Source of the DNA: Desulfobacteraceae bacterium
Lineage (GTDB): Bacteria; Desulfobacterota; Desulfobacteria; Desulfobacterales; Desulfobacteraceae
Reading direction: 5' to 3'
Length of the DNA stretch: 46,789 nucleotides
Assembly: GCA_021107575.1 (NCBI GenBank)
Contig: JAIOSM010000100.1
Location: forward strand, 1 to 46,789
Shown: piece after piece, positions 17,512 to 26,257 of the stretch
How the letters are laid out: each line of letters begins with the position of its first letter
Position numbering within the stretch: position 1 is the stretch's first letter
The notes under the pieces: generated by a model
The model's input: only the letters and a program-made list of their open reading frames with translations
The model's database searches: none
Told to the model about the DNA's origin: nothing
Position numbers and translations under genes: made by a program

Positions 17512-18552
17512 ATGACAAAATGGCACATTTTTAAGGGTAACAAAATCCCACATGACGGAATAAATATTCATCCGCTTCCTCCACCACCACCTTGGAGAGA
17601 ATTCAAAGGAAAGGTTCTTGAGGAGAGAAATCTCGAGCCTGACAGTCGGGCAACAAGGCGTTTAGGAAGTTCTTCGAGACAAAAAACGTTTGAAGCAAGT
17701 GAAATAGAAATTGAAATGGTGAATGCCTCACTTTATCTTCGACGACCTCTACTTGTAACTGGAAAACCCGGAACTGGAAAATCATCATTGGCCTTTGCAG
17801 TGGCTCATGAACTAAAGTTGGGAAATGTAATTTACTGGCCAATTACTACTCGTTCAACACTTCAAGAAGGGCTTTATAGGTATGATGCTATCGGTCGTTT
17901 ACAGGAAATTCAACTTGCTCGTTTTGATGAGGCCAATAAGAATAAAACAATTCCAGATATTGGGCAATTTATTCGATTAGGACCTTTAGGAACTGCATTA
18001 CTGCCTTCAAAACGTCCACGCGTTCTATTGATTGATGAAATTGACAAGAGTGATATCGATTTGCCAAATGATTTACTTAACATTTTCGAAGAAGGAGAGT
18101 TTGAGATTCCTGAACTTTCAAGGTTGTCTGAAAAATTTGAAACAGTTAAAATATTTCCATATGATGGTAGTGAGACGGTGCCTATTGCAAGAGGGCATGT
18201 CCTATGCCGCGAGTTTCCACTCATCATATTGACCAGCAATGCTGAAAGGGAATTTCCCACACCTTTTTTGAGACGTTGTCTTCGCCTTGATATTAAGCCT
18301 CCAACACCAGAAAAATTGGAAAAAATTGTTCATGCCCATTTCAATAATATAAGTGTAGATGCTGAAGAAGAAATAGAAAAACTAATCAAATTATTTTTGA
18401 CGCGTGCCCAAGAGAATGATTTGGCAACAGATCAATTACTTAATGCTATCTATCTGACTACTCAAGGCATTGACCTATTAATTAAAGATAAAAGTAAATC
18501 CAACCTTATCGATGCTGTACTGAGACACTTAAATACATTAGGGACGGTATGA
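17512..18552 (+). CDS. MoxR-like AAA+ ATPase (AAA_5 type)
   Basis: Walker A LLVTGKPGTGKSSLA, Walker B RVLLIDEIDKSDIDLPNDLLNIFEEG, sensor region TSNAEREFPTPFLRRC. Confidence 0.9.
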   Translation: MTKWHIFKGNKIPHDGINIHPLPPPPPWREFKGKVLEERNLEPDSRATRRLGSSSRQKTFEASEIEIEMVNASLYLRRPLLVTGKPGTGKSSLAFAVAHELKLGNVIYWPITTRSTLQEGLYRYDAIGRLQEIQLARFDEANKNKTIPDIGQFIRLGPLGTALLPSKRPRVLLIDEIDKSDIDLPNDLLNIFEEGEFEIPELSRLSEKFETVKIFPYDGSETVPIARGHVLCREFPLIILTSNAEREFPTPFLRRCLRLDIKPPTPEKLEKIVHAHFNNISVDAEEEIEKLIKLFLTRAQENDLATDQLLNAIYLTTQGIDLLIKDKSKSNLIDAVLRHLNTLGTV

Positions 18553-21101
18553 TTAAGGCTTTAATTCAAACCCTAAGTAGTATTGGTTTCATAGGTACAG
18601 GAGAGGAGATCGCTGATATTCTGTGGTTGGCATCGCATTTTGATAAAATGGAATCAGATGAATTTGAGATGATTCAGAATCGGCCAACGGTCAAAAAAGT
18701 TCCTTTAAAATTTGAATCGCGAGAAGAAAAACTGAATTCATCTCAATACAATATACCTAGAAAAAAGCTTAAACAATCCAGCAAACCCGTGCGAGCAGAA
18801 TTGCATCCAGCTGAGCAAAAAGAAACGATCATCTCTGATAAAAACGATATTGCTTTCCAAACTCCAGGAGCTCCTGCACTTTCTAACAAACTATCTATTA
18901 GTAGAGCACTTCGTCCACTCATGAGAAAAGTTCCATCTCGAGTTTATCAGGTTTTAGATGAAGAAGAAACTGTAAGACAAAGTGCGGAAACTGATAACTG
19001 GCTCCCAAAGATGCGCCCTGAATCATCTCGGTGGCTTGATATAATTCTTGTTGTAGAGGAATCTATGTCAACGATTGTATGGGAAAAAACAATTATGGAG
19101 TTTAAAGCTTTACTTGAACGAATAGGGGCATTTAGAAATATTCAGTGCTATGGCATTTGTACAGAAAAAAAACAAATCAAATTACATATGGGGATTGGAC
19201 ATAAGGCAATAAAAAATATTACTCGAAATCCTAAGGAATTGATTGATACCCTAAAACAGAGGATTATTCTTGTAGTAAGTGATTGTTCTTCAAAAGCGTG
19301 GCACGATGGCCGAATAGCAAAAATGATGAGTTGCTGGTCAAATAACGCTATGTGTTCTATTGTTCAATTGCTTCCATATTGGAGTTGGGATCACACTGGG
19401 CTCAATCGCGCTGAGTTTGTTTATCTACGGGCTACACAGGCGGGTACTGTTAATGATTCACTAAAAGTAGAAATATCTTACAAATCTGATAAAATTGTCA
19501 AGAAAGGATTTTCTGTTCCTATAATTACTTTAGAAACAGCATCGATTCATTCATGGGCAAAATCTTTAGCAGGTTTAGGTGGAATATGCTTACCTGGTGT
19601 TATATTTCAATTGCCAACTTCAGATATCTGTTTGGATCAAAACTTGGAAGAGGATGAATTACCAAAAAAATCCTTGTCTTTAGAAGGAAAAATGAAGCGG
19701 TTTCAAGCGAATGCTTCTCCACTGGCACAACAATTAGCATGTTACCTTGCCGGAGTTCCCCTAACTCTTCCGATTATGCGTTTAGTTCAAAAAGTTATGC
19801 TTCCAAAATCTGAACAGATTCATCTGGCAGAAATCTTTTTGAGCGGTTTATTAAAAAGAAATTCAAATGATTTGTCTATACCTAGTGAAAAAGCTAAATA
19901 TGATTTTACAACTGGAGTTAGGGAATACTTGATTAGTATGACTCTTTTGAGTGAAACTGTTGACGTTATTACCAAGGTAACAAAAAAACTAGGATGTTTT
20001 ATAGATAAGCAAACAGGAAAAACTATTGATTTTAAAGCAATTCTTGTTAATCCTTCATTAGTTGATCGAGTATCTATAAATGAAGACAGCAAAACCTTTG
20101 CTTCAGTTGCTATGGATGTGTTAAGGCGGTTAGGAGGACATTATACAGAATTATCTAATCAAATTAATTCTCAAATATTCGGTATTTATGATTTTTCAGA
20201 AGAAAATAGAAAAATTAACCTTAATCAAAGACGTCATGGATATTTAAATACTCTTTTAAAAGGCTGGGGTACTCCTAAAGATAGGATGACTGTTGGAAAT
20301 AGATTGAGTCGTATGGGAGACTCCAGATTTGACCCTGCTAATTATTATCTTCCCGCAGATAAAAATATGGGCTTTGTCACTGTGCCAGCGGGTAAATTTT
20401 TGATGGGAAGTGATGAGAAAAATGACTCAGAGGCATTTAAGGATGAAATACCACAGCGTGGAGTTGACTTGTCAGATTATCAGATTGCTCGATATCCAGT
20501 AACAGTTGTGCAATACAAATTTTACGCGAAGGAAACCAAATTAAATCTTAGTGCTAACTGGAAAAATTTTAATACCATAGATAATCATCCAGTTGTATAT
20601 GTAAGTTGGAACGATGCTGTTCAATATTGTAAATGGCTTACAAAAGAGATGGTAAAAAACGAAATTAATTGTCTAATAACCCTGCCCAACGAAGCTCAAT
20701 GGGAAAAAGCAGCCCGTGGACCAAATGGACAAATATATTCTTGGGGAAACAACAGAATAGATCCGAGCAAGGCCAATTATTTTGATACCGATATTTACAC
20801 AACAAGCCCGGTAGGATGTTTTCCTGATGGTGCCTCAATTTATGGAACAATGGATATGATTGGTAATGTATGGGAGTGGTGTAATAATTGGCATGATAGA
20901 AATAGCTATTTTGATAATCAGTCTGTAGATTATTCTACAAAAGAGAGCGAAACCTCGCGTGTTCTTCGAGGAGGATCATGGGGCAACTTTGCTAAATTCT
21001 GCCGTGCTGCTAACCGTCTCATCGACTCACAGAATTCTAAGGACAATTATATTGGTTTCCGGCTGCTTTTTTCACCTAAAAATGGAAGACAAAAAAAATA
21101 G
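18549..21101 (+). CDS. multidomain protein: N-terminal SAV_2336-like module, vWA-like domain with degenerate MIDAS, C-terminal formylglycine-generating-enzyme (FGE-sulfatase/SUMF1) domain
   Basis: ATGA overlap with the MoxR gene. Carries EEIADILWLASH, then LVVEESMSTIVW...RIILVVSDCSSKAWHDG (vWA-like). The FGE domain from about 20346 shows HPVVYVSWNDAVQYC, GNVWEWC, RVLRGGSW and IGFRLL. Confidence 0.8.
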   Translation: MIKALIQTLSSIGFIGTGEEIADILWLASHFDKMESDEFEMIQNRPTVKKVPLKFESREEKLNSSQYNIPRKKLKQSSKPVRAELHPAEQKETIISDKNDIAFQTPGAPALSNKLSISRALRPLMRKVPSRVYQVLDEEETVRQSAETDNWLPKMRPESSRWLDIILVVEESMSTIVWEKTIMEFKALLERIGAFRNIQCYGICTEKKQIKLHMGIGHKAIKNITRNPKELIDTLKQRIILVVSDCSSKAWHDGRIAKMMSCWSNNAMCSIVQLLPYWSWDHTGLNRAEFVYLRATQAGTVNDSLKVEISYKSDKIVKKGFSVPIITLETASIHSWAKSLAGLGGICLPGVIFQLPTSDICLDQNLEEDELPKKSLSLEGKMKRFQANASPLAQQLACYLAGVPLTLPIMRLVQKVMLPKSEQIHLAEIFLSGLLKRNSNDLSIPSEKAKYDFTTGVREYLISMTLLSETVDVITKVTKKLGCFIDKQTGKTIDFKAILVNPSLVDRVSINEDSKTFASVAMDVLRRLGGHYTELSNQINSQIFGIYDFSEENRKINLNQRRHGYLNTLLKGWGTPKDRMTVGNRLSRMGDSRFDPANYYLPADKNMGFVTVPAGKFLMGSDEKNDSEAFKDEIPQRGVDLSDYQIARYPVTVVQYKFYAKETKLNLSANWKNFNTIDNHPVVYVSWNDAVQYCKWLTKEMVKNEINCLITLPNEAQWEKAARGPNGQIYSWGNNRIDPSKANYFDTDIYTTSPVGCFPDGASIYGTMDMIGNVWEWCNNWHDRNSYFDNQSVDYSTKESETSRVLRGGSWGNFAKFCRAANRLIDSQNSKDNYIGFRLLFSPKNGRQKK

Positions 21102-21288
21102 AAGACATTACCTTTATTGTCATTATTTAAGATTATATTCAGACATCCAATTTAATTCACAGTTTTGTTTTTGATAACATTTTCGTATGTTGGTTTTGGT
21201 CTGTAGTAATCCCAACTCAGCAAAGGGATTAGAATATATATCAGTGTAAATTTAATTTACTACAAAAAATTAATAACCACTTGAGAAA

Positions 21289-21484
21289 TGATGTGGTCAA
21301 ATAAAATCGGACACTTTTCTTAAGCTGCTTTTTCTATTTTCCACAATTCTTCAAATTCTTTTGGACTTGATATTACCCAAATAAGAATGACGCCTTTTAT
21401 TGTTATAAAACATCTCAATATAAGTAAGCTCAATATGACATGAATCCTCAAGCTTTTTAAGATGGGGTTTATTAAGCGCTTACC
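21289..21484 (-). mobile_element. IS3-family transposase tail remnant, copy B (inverted copy of 13005-13197)
   Basis: The reverse complement aligns with 13005-13197 end to end with a handful of substitutions and small indels. It has the same inner terminus (..GACCACATCA) and the same outer breakpoint (GGTAAGCGCT). Confidence 0.85.
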
Positions 21485-21644
21485 TTTGATGGGTGATAAA
21501 AGGTTGATGAAAATACAAAAGAAAAGCTCAAAGAAAAATTAACAGAGAAAAAAATAAATATTCACCAGGACAAGTTAGCAAACATGTTAACCCGAACTGA
21601 AGCAGGCATGGTAATTCAAAAACTCAATCAAAAAGGATTAAGCA

Positions 21645-21824
21645 ATGAAAGGCTACGAGAATTTACCAGAAACTTACAAGGGTTTGTCAACCAATTATCT
21701 AATCAAAATTATAGACGAGATAGCAAACGAAGGAACAAAAGCACCGGAAGAACACATAATAATAATGCACCGAATGCTGGAAGAATACAAAATAGGAGTT
21801 TACGCCGATCTGGACGAGGAATAG
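21645..21824 (+). CDS. possible small hypothetical protein (59 aa); overlaps the alternative track ORF 21584..21832 in another frame
   Basis: Encodes MKGYENLPETYKGLSTNYLIKIIDEIANEGTKAPEEHIIIMHRMLEEYKIGVYADLDEE, which looks more protein-like than the R/N/S-rich tail of the track ORF. No clear RBS. Confidence 0.2.
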   Translation: MKGYENLPETYKGLSTNYLIKIIDEIANEGTKAPEEHIIIMHRMLEEYKIGVYADLDEE

Positions 21825-22094
21825 GTGATTGAAAACGCCATACGGTTTTTTGATTGCAAAAGCCACCTGCCCGGCAAACTTTCAGACACAAGAGCCTTGC
21901 AAGTTAATAAAGCACATCAAGAAAAAACATTCTTAGTTTTTCTATCATAAATAACTTCTTTATTGTTTTGGTGGCTGTGTTTTTTTGTTAAAGAGTAAAG
22001 CAATTACGGAAATGTCGAGCCTTAAGGCCCTGATCTTATTTTAGTAACTTAAAGCGAATCACCAAACTGGTGATTAGAAACGTATTGTTCCACC

Positions 22095-22406
22095 TCAGCC
22101 TATTTCACCCGACCATTTATCCTCAAATCCATTTACCATTATATTCGTATTCTCCCAACATATACACTTGCTCTCTTTTGATTTTGTCGGGCTAAACGAA
22201 ATGTCCATAGCGGCATTGTCAAGAACTTCAAAAAATAGAGCCATTTTATTATTATCAACCCCCTTGTCTTTGATTTCTTGTATCTCTTTACCGTTTCCGA
22301 GTCTTACTAATATTTCTTTGAAAGCGTTGTCCATAACTGCTCCAACAACTCCGGCCACTTCTTCGTATACCGATTGTTCTTCTACTGACATAGTTTGATT
22401 TAACAT
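22095..22406 (-). CDS. hypothetical acidic protein (103 aa), last gene of the minus-strand transfer block
   Basis: AAGGAG RBS 7 nt upstream of the ATG at 22406. No recognised motif. Confidence 0.55.
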   Translation of the reverse strand: MLNQTMSVEEQSVYEEVAGVVGAVMDNAFKEILVRLGNGKEIQEIKDKGVDNNKMALFFEVLDNAAMDISFSPTKSKESKCICWENTNIMVNGFEDKWSGEIG

Positions 22407-22492
22407 ATTACACTCCTTTTAAATTGTGAAAAAATATTTTTACACTTCCGTAATCGCCTCAATTTTTTCATAAAAGAGATCCAAACAAAGTT

Positions 22493-23413
22493 TCAATCCC
22501 TTTGAGTATCAAGCATTTCAGTTCTGCTTGTGTCGAAACATCTAAGAGGCAAGAAGGTTTTATCTTGCCACAGCCCTATTTTTCTTCTTCTTGCTGTTTT
22601 TTGTATTTCAAACCAGTTATTACAAAAATTAGCTTTACAGTGTTTAGGGTATACCCAGGCAAAGCCATTTTTTAATAACTCCTTGCTCAAGGATTTCTTT
22701 TTTAAATAAATACTTGCAATCACTCTGCCATAACAACCTTGACCGTATGAGACTCCAAACACTTTTTTATTTAAAATTAGATCAGAAACAAACTTTTTAG
22801 CATTTTGGCCACAGCGATGTTTTGTCTCCGGTGCATCAATGCCATAAAACCGAACAGTAAGAATTTTGTTAAGGTCTTTAATTTTGATGGTGTCACCATC
22901 TAAGACCTTAACAACTTTACCGGAGAACATATCATTAGCGTAAGCCGTGGCGGATAATCCTGTGATCTTGGAATACTGAACCATGACTTTTTGAATATAT
23001 TCTATACAGTCAAAAAACCGTCTTAAATTTGGTAAGTCCAGGGGGGCATATCCTGAATGGTATGAACCAACGGACGCCCAAGATTTTCCATATCGATTTT
23101 GACTCTCTTTTAAAATATATGCTCCAGTTTCAGTGCAATAAACGGGATCTGTGAGCAAACGAGCTAAATCAATGCCTTTTTTCTCCCAAAAACTATTGAT
23201 TTGCATGTGTCCCACGTCAATCGTTCCATAGTTGATGGCAAGAGCTGTATTATTATGCTTACTTTCTACGCTACTGATAGCCCTTAAAATATTTGAATCG
23301 ACGTTAAATCGGGCAGATACGGAGTCGAATTTGTAGTCATCTGCAAAAACAAACGAATTTAAGAAAAATAGTAAAAAAAGAACGTTTTTTGATGCTTTTT
23401 TAATAATTTTCAT
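22493..23413 (-). CDS. secreted VirB1-like lytic transglycosylase fused to a staphylococcal-nuclease (SNase/thermonuclease) domain
   Basis: Start trimmed to MKIIKKASKNVLFLLFFLNSFVFA (signal peptide). SLT block AISSVESKHN...DVGHMQINSFW. SNase block VLDGDTIKI...VRFYGIDAPET...YGRVIA...GFAWVY. Confidence 0.8.
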   Translation of the reverse strand: MKIIKKASKNVLFLLFFLNSFVFADDYKFDSVSARFNVDSNILRAISSVESKHNNTALAINYGTIDVGHMQINSFWEKKGIDLARLLTDPVYCTETGAYILKESQNRYGKSWASVGSYHSGYAPLDLPNLRRFFDCIEYIQKVMVQYSKITGLSATAYANDMFSGKVVKVLDGDTIKIKDLNKILTVRFYGIDAPETKHRCGQNAKKFVSDLILNKKVFGVSYGQGCYGRVIASIYLKKKSLSKELLKNGFAWVYPKHCKANFCNNWFEIQKTARRRKIGLWQDKTFLPLRCFDTSRTEMLDTQRD

Positions 23414-25151
23414 ATTCTTCTTCATTTTTTTTAGTTTCAAAAGCATTTTCCGGTAAAGCATCAACACTAGGAATATTATCTTCTTCTGCTTCAGCTTCTT
23501 CCTCAACTTCAATATTTATCGGCAAACCAATAAATGACGACATAGACTTATCTAAAAAGTAAAAAGGAGCAAAGCAAGCAATAGGTGTTTCAAAAGCACC
23601 TTGAACTAGAATAAACATTTGCCCAAAATCCATACTCATAATATCTTGACTTCGTATTAATGCCATGCCTTGCTCTGATTCAGATCCTCCCTGGAGTAAT
23701 GACCGCCTTTCATTTTTTGTTACCTTTTTAAAAGTGAAATCTCCCACAGAATCAGAAATTAATTTTGCTTCCTGAAATTCATTCTGAGAAAAAATTAAGT
23801 GAAACGAGCAAGTATTCCTTAGGGCATTGGTTAAGTGTTCACCATAAACATTTTTTAACTGACTGATAGATTGACATATAAAAATAGCATTAAATTTATA
23901 GCCTCGGCCAACATCAGGTAAAGTAATAACCTGTGTCATTTTTTGCAGTCTTACAAATTCGTCCAGGATAAAAGTTATTTTTTGATCCTTGCCGGTTGGT
24001 TCTTTTTCAAGCAGGGACAGAGTACCTAATTCAAAAAACAATGATATAATTGGTTTTAATCTTTCAATGTCAGGCATAGAGACAACTAAATAAACAGTTA
24101 TGGTTTCATTTCTTAAATCTTTAAATGTAAAATCTGATTTAGTAGTATTTTTTGCAACTCTTTCATCATTAAAAAGATTCATAGAATTTTTAAAAGTTCC
24201 AAAAATACCGTCAAATTGTTTGTCTGCCATATCAACAAAGCTGATTCCTTCATTTTTTATTCTTTGTGGTAAATCCGGATTGCTTTCTATTGCAGCTTGA
24301 ATAGCGTATTGCCCCTCAACGCTTGATTCAAAAATTTTACTAAAAGAAGTCTCTCCATTTTTATAAATCAAAAACATAGCCCAAAATCTAAACATCGTCC
24401 TGCCCTCTGACACCCACATGGAAGCTGATCCGTCCTTTTGGTCGTTAGCTATAATGGATTCAGCAATTCTTGATACATGTACCTGTATATCGTTTTGGGC
24501 TTGTGGTAATTCTTGTTTTGAAAGAGGGTTCCAGGAAGCAGAATTATCTTTTCCGGGATCATACTTTATAATTGTTCCAATTTGCGACTTAGCGCCGGCA
24601 GTCATTTTAAAAACCTCACCTTTTGGATCTAAAATCACAAGACTGTTATTGGATGCAAGCACAGAAGGAATAACAACTCCAGTGGTTTTACCTGAACCAG
24701 GGGGAGCATATACCAAGGCAGACAAGGGCTGGTCTGTCCTTAAATATTCTGCTCCCCATGCTCCAAAAACTTTGGGAGTATGGCGAACTCCATTTTTATC
24801 CTTTTTAATAGAGCCATGAGGTTTAGTGAGCCCCAAAACCATTCCTTCATCATTTCTTAAGCCTAAATTTTTAATTTCTTTTTCATTTGCCCAATGAGCA
24901 CCGCCAAAAGCATCTTTAGACCTAAAAGGATTTAACATAATTGCAAAAAATGAAAAAACGATTGAAAAAGCTATTGAATACTTAAACCAGGCTGGAAAAG
25001 GCATTGATATTTCTTTAAAACAAATAAAAGCTGCTCCCGGAACCATAGGGTAATTTTTATAAAAGACAAGAATACACCAAAACACGAAATATCCTGATAA
25101 AAGGGATAAAACCACCCATAATAAACTTTTTGAACTATCGTTTTGATTCAT
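23400..25151 (-). CDS. virD4: type IV secretion coupling protein VirD4/TraG
   Basis: N-terminal TM segments, Walker A VYAPPGSGKTTGVVIPS, Walker B-like ITFILDEF. Position in the transfer block. Confidence 0.93.
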   Translation of the reverse strand: MNQNDSSKSLLWVVLSLLSGYFVFWCILVFYKNYPMVPGAAFICFKEISMPFPAWFKYSIAFSIVFSFFAIMLNPFRSKDAFGGAHWANEKEIKNLGLRNDEGMVLGLTKPHGSIKKDKNGVRHTPKVFGAWGAEYLRTDQPLSALVYAPPGSGKTTGVVIPSVLASNNSLVILDPKGEVFKMTAGAKSQIGTIIKYDPGKDNSASWNPLSKQELPQAQNDIQVHVSRIAESIIANDQKDGSASMWVSEGRTMFRFWAMFLIYKNGETSFSKIFESSVEGQYAIQAAIESNPDLPQRIKNEGISFVDMADKQFDGIFGTFKNSMNLFNDERVAKNTTKSDFTFKDLRNETITVYLVVSMPDIERLKPIISLFFELGTLSLLEKEPTGKDQKITFILDEFVRLQKMTQVITLPDVGRGYKFNAIFICQSISQLKNVYGEHLTNALRNTCSFHLIFSQNEFQEAKLISDSVGDFTFKKVTKNERRSLLQGGSESEQGMALIRSQDIMSMDFGQMFILVQGAFETPIACFAPFYFLDKSMSSFIGLPINIEVEEEAEAEEDNIPSVDALPENAFETKKNEEEYENY

Positions 25152-25172
25152 AATTTATCCTTGCTTAAAATT

Positions 25173-25910
25173 TCACAAAGCAATCCCCGGAACAACTTTT
25201 CTATTACGACCTCTAATTTTTTTGTCTTTATAACGGATTTTATTATAGGCATTATTGACTGTTTTTTTGACATAGACATTAATGTCTTTATGTCTGTCGT
25301 TAAGATTGGGGCTGTTTTCTTTTAATGCCTGTTCAACCTTAAAGCGCTTATTGTTTTTTAAAAGGTCGCAACAAACCCGAAAATCTAATTTATCGTGGTC
25401 TAATGACCAATTTTTTGAGTGTGCAAATTGTTCATGTTTTTTGCGAATAGTTGAAAATTCTTTATTAATAACTTTTTCTTTTAAAGCAACTTTTGATAAA
25501 CTTTGAGTTTCAGATACCCTCTGTATAGTTTTAAGAAGTTCTTTTTCCGTTAAAAAAGTTCTTGTTGAACTCTCTGCCTTTTTAATAGCGCTCTCTATAG
25601 TATCTTTCTGAAAACTGAATGTATGGAATTTTAATCCTGTTGTTTTTTCAGCGATATAAAAACCATTATTTTTTTTGTATACAAAAAAATCAATTTTTTC
25701 ATATCCTTTAAGCTTAACAGGTTTTCCAGATACTTTCTTTTTGCCATCTTTTGAAAGAACGTAACAATCTGAATAACCGTTTTTATGATTTAATTTTTCA
25801 TCTGCGTTTATTATTGTTTTTTGAGCTTTTGCTACAAAATCTTCTTCAAATAATTCCTCAGAATTTTGTATTGCTGTTCTAATAATTTTTTTTGCATCTT
25901 CTCTGTTCAT
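25173..25910 (-). CDS. hypothetical protein (245 aa) carrying a ~70-aa C-terminal domain that has a paralog in the next gene
   Basis: C-terminal FAHSKNWSLDHDKLDFRVCCDLLKNNKRFKVEQALKENSPNLNDRHKDINVYVKKTVNNAYNKIRY. Confidence 0.6.
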   Translation of the reverse strand: MNREDAKKIIRTAIQNSEELFEEDFVAKAQKTIINADEKLNHKNGYSDCYVLSKDGKKKVSGKPVKLKGYEKIDFFVYKKNNGFYIAEKTTGLKFHTFSFQKDTIESAIKKAESSTRTFLTEKELLKTIQRVSETQSLSKVALKEKVINKEFSTIRKKHEQFAHSKNWSLDHDKLDFRVCCDLLKNNKRFKVEQALKENSPNLNDRHKDINVYVKKTVNNAYNKIRYKDKKIRGRNRKVVPGIAL

Positions 25911-25942
25911 AATTCCACCTTTAGGTCGTGAAGCCCATGTTC

Positions 25943-26257
25943 TTAAGACTTGGGTAGCTGATAGCGCACTTTGTTATATGCATTTTTAACCGTTGTCTTG
26001 ATATAGGCATCAATATTTCTATGCCTATCAATGAGGTCAGGACTATTCTTTCTTAATGCTTGCTCGACCTTAAATTGCTTGTTGTCTTTTAGCAGATCAC
26101 AACAAGCTCTGAAATCAAGCTTGTCATGGTCTATTATCCAATTTTTAGATATTGCAAATTTTTCATATTTTATGCGTGCCATTACAAATTTTGTATCTAT
26201 ATTTCCTAAGCTTTCTTTTTTCCCCCGATCTCTACCAATCCGATATTTTTGATTCAT
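25943..26257 (-). CDS. hypothetical protein (104 aa), stand-alone copy of the same ~70-aa domain
   Basis: FAISKNWIIDHDKLDFRACCDLLKDNKQFKVEQALRKNSPDLIDRHRNIDAYIKTTVKNAYNKVRY. Confidence 0.6.
   Translation of the reverse strand: MNQKYRIGRDRGKKESLGNIDTKFVMARIKYEKFAISKNWIIDHDKLDFRACCDLLKDNKQFKVEQALRKNSPDLIDRHRNIDAYIKTTVKNAYNKVRYQLPKS

Noticed and set aside
21584-21832. 82-aa track ORF with an Arg/Asn/Ser-rich tail
   Set aside because: The C-terminal half is low-complexity and overlaps a more protein-like 59-aa frame (21645..21824). Neither has a clear RBS, and the region may be a remnant truncated by the IS fragment at 21484.
22057-22075. Hairpin AATCACCA-AAC-TGGTGATT just downstream of the last minus-strand transfer gene, considered as a terminator
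   Set aside because: The stem is short and AT-rich, and no U-run follows on the minus-strand transcript. That is insufficient for an intrinsic terminator call.
21994-22458. 9-bp inverted match ATTACGGAA / TTCCGTAAT flanking the 103-aa gene
   Set aside because: A 9-bp match at this distance is expected by chance in a 47-kb AT-rich window. There are no further signs of a mobile unit.
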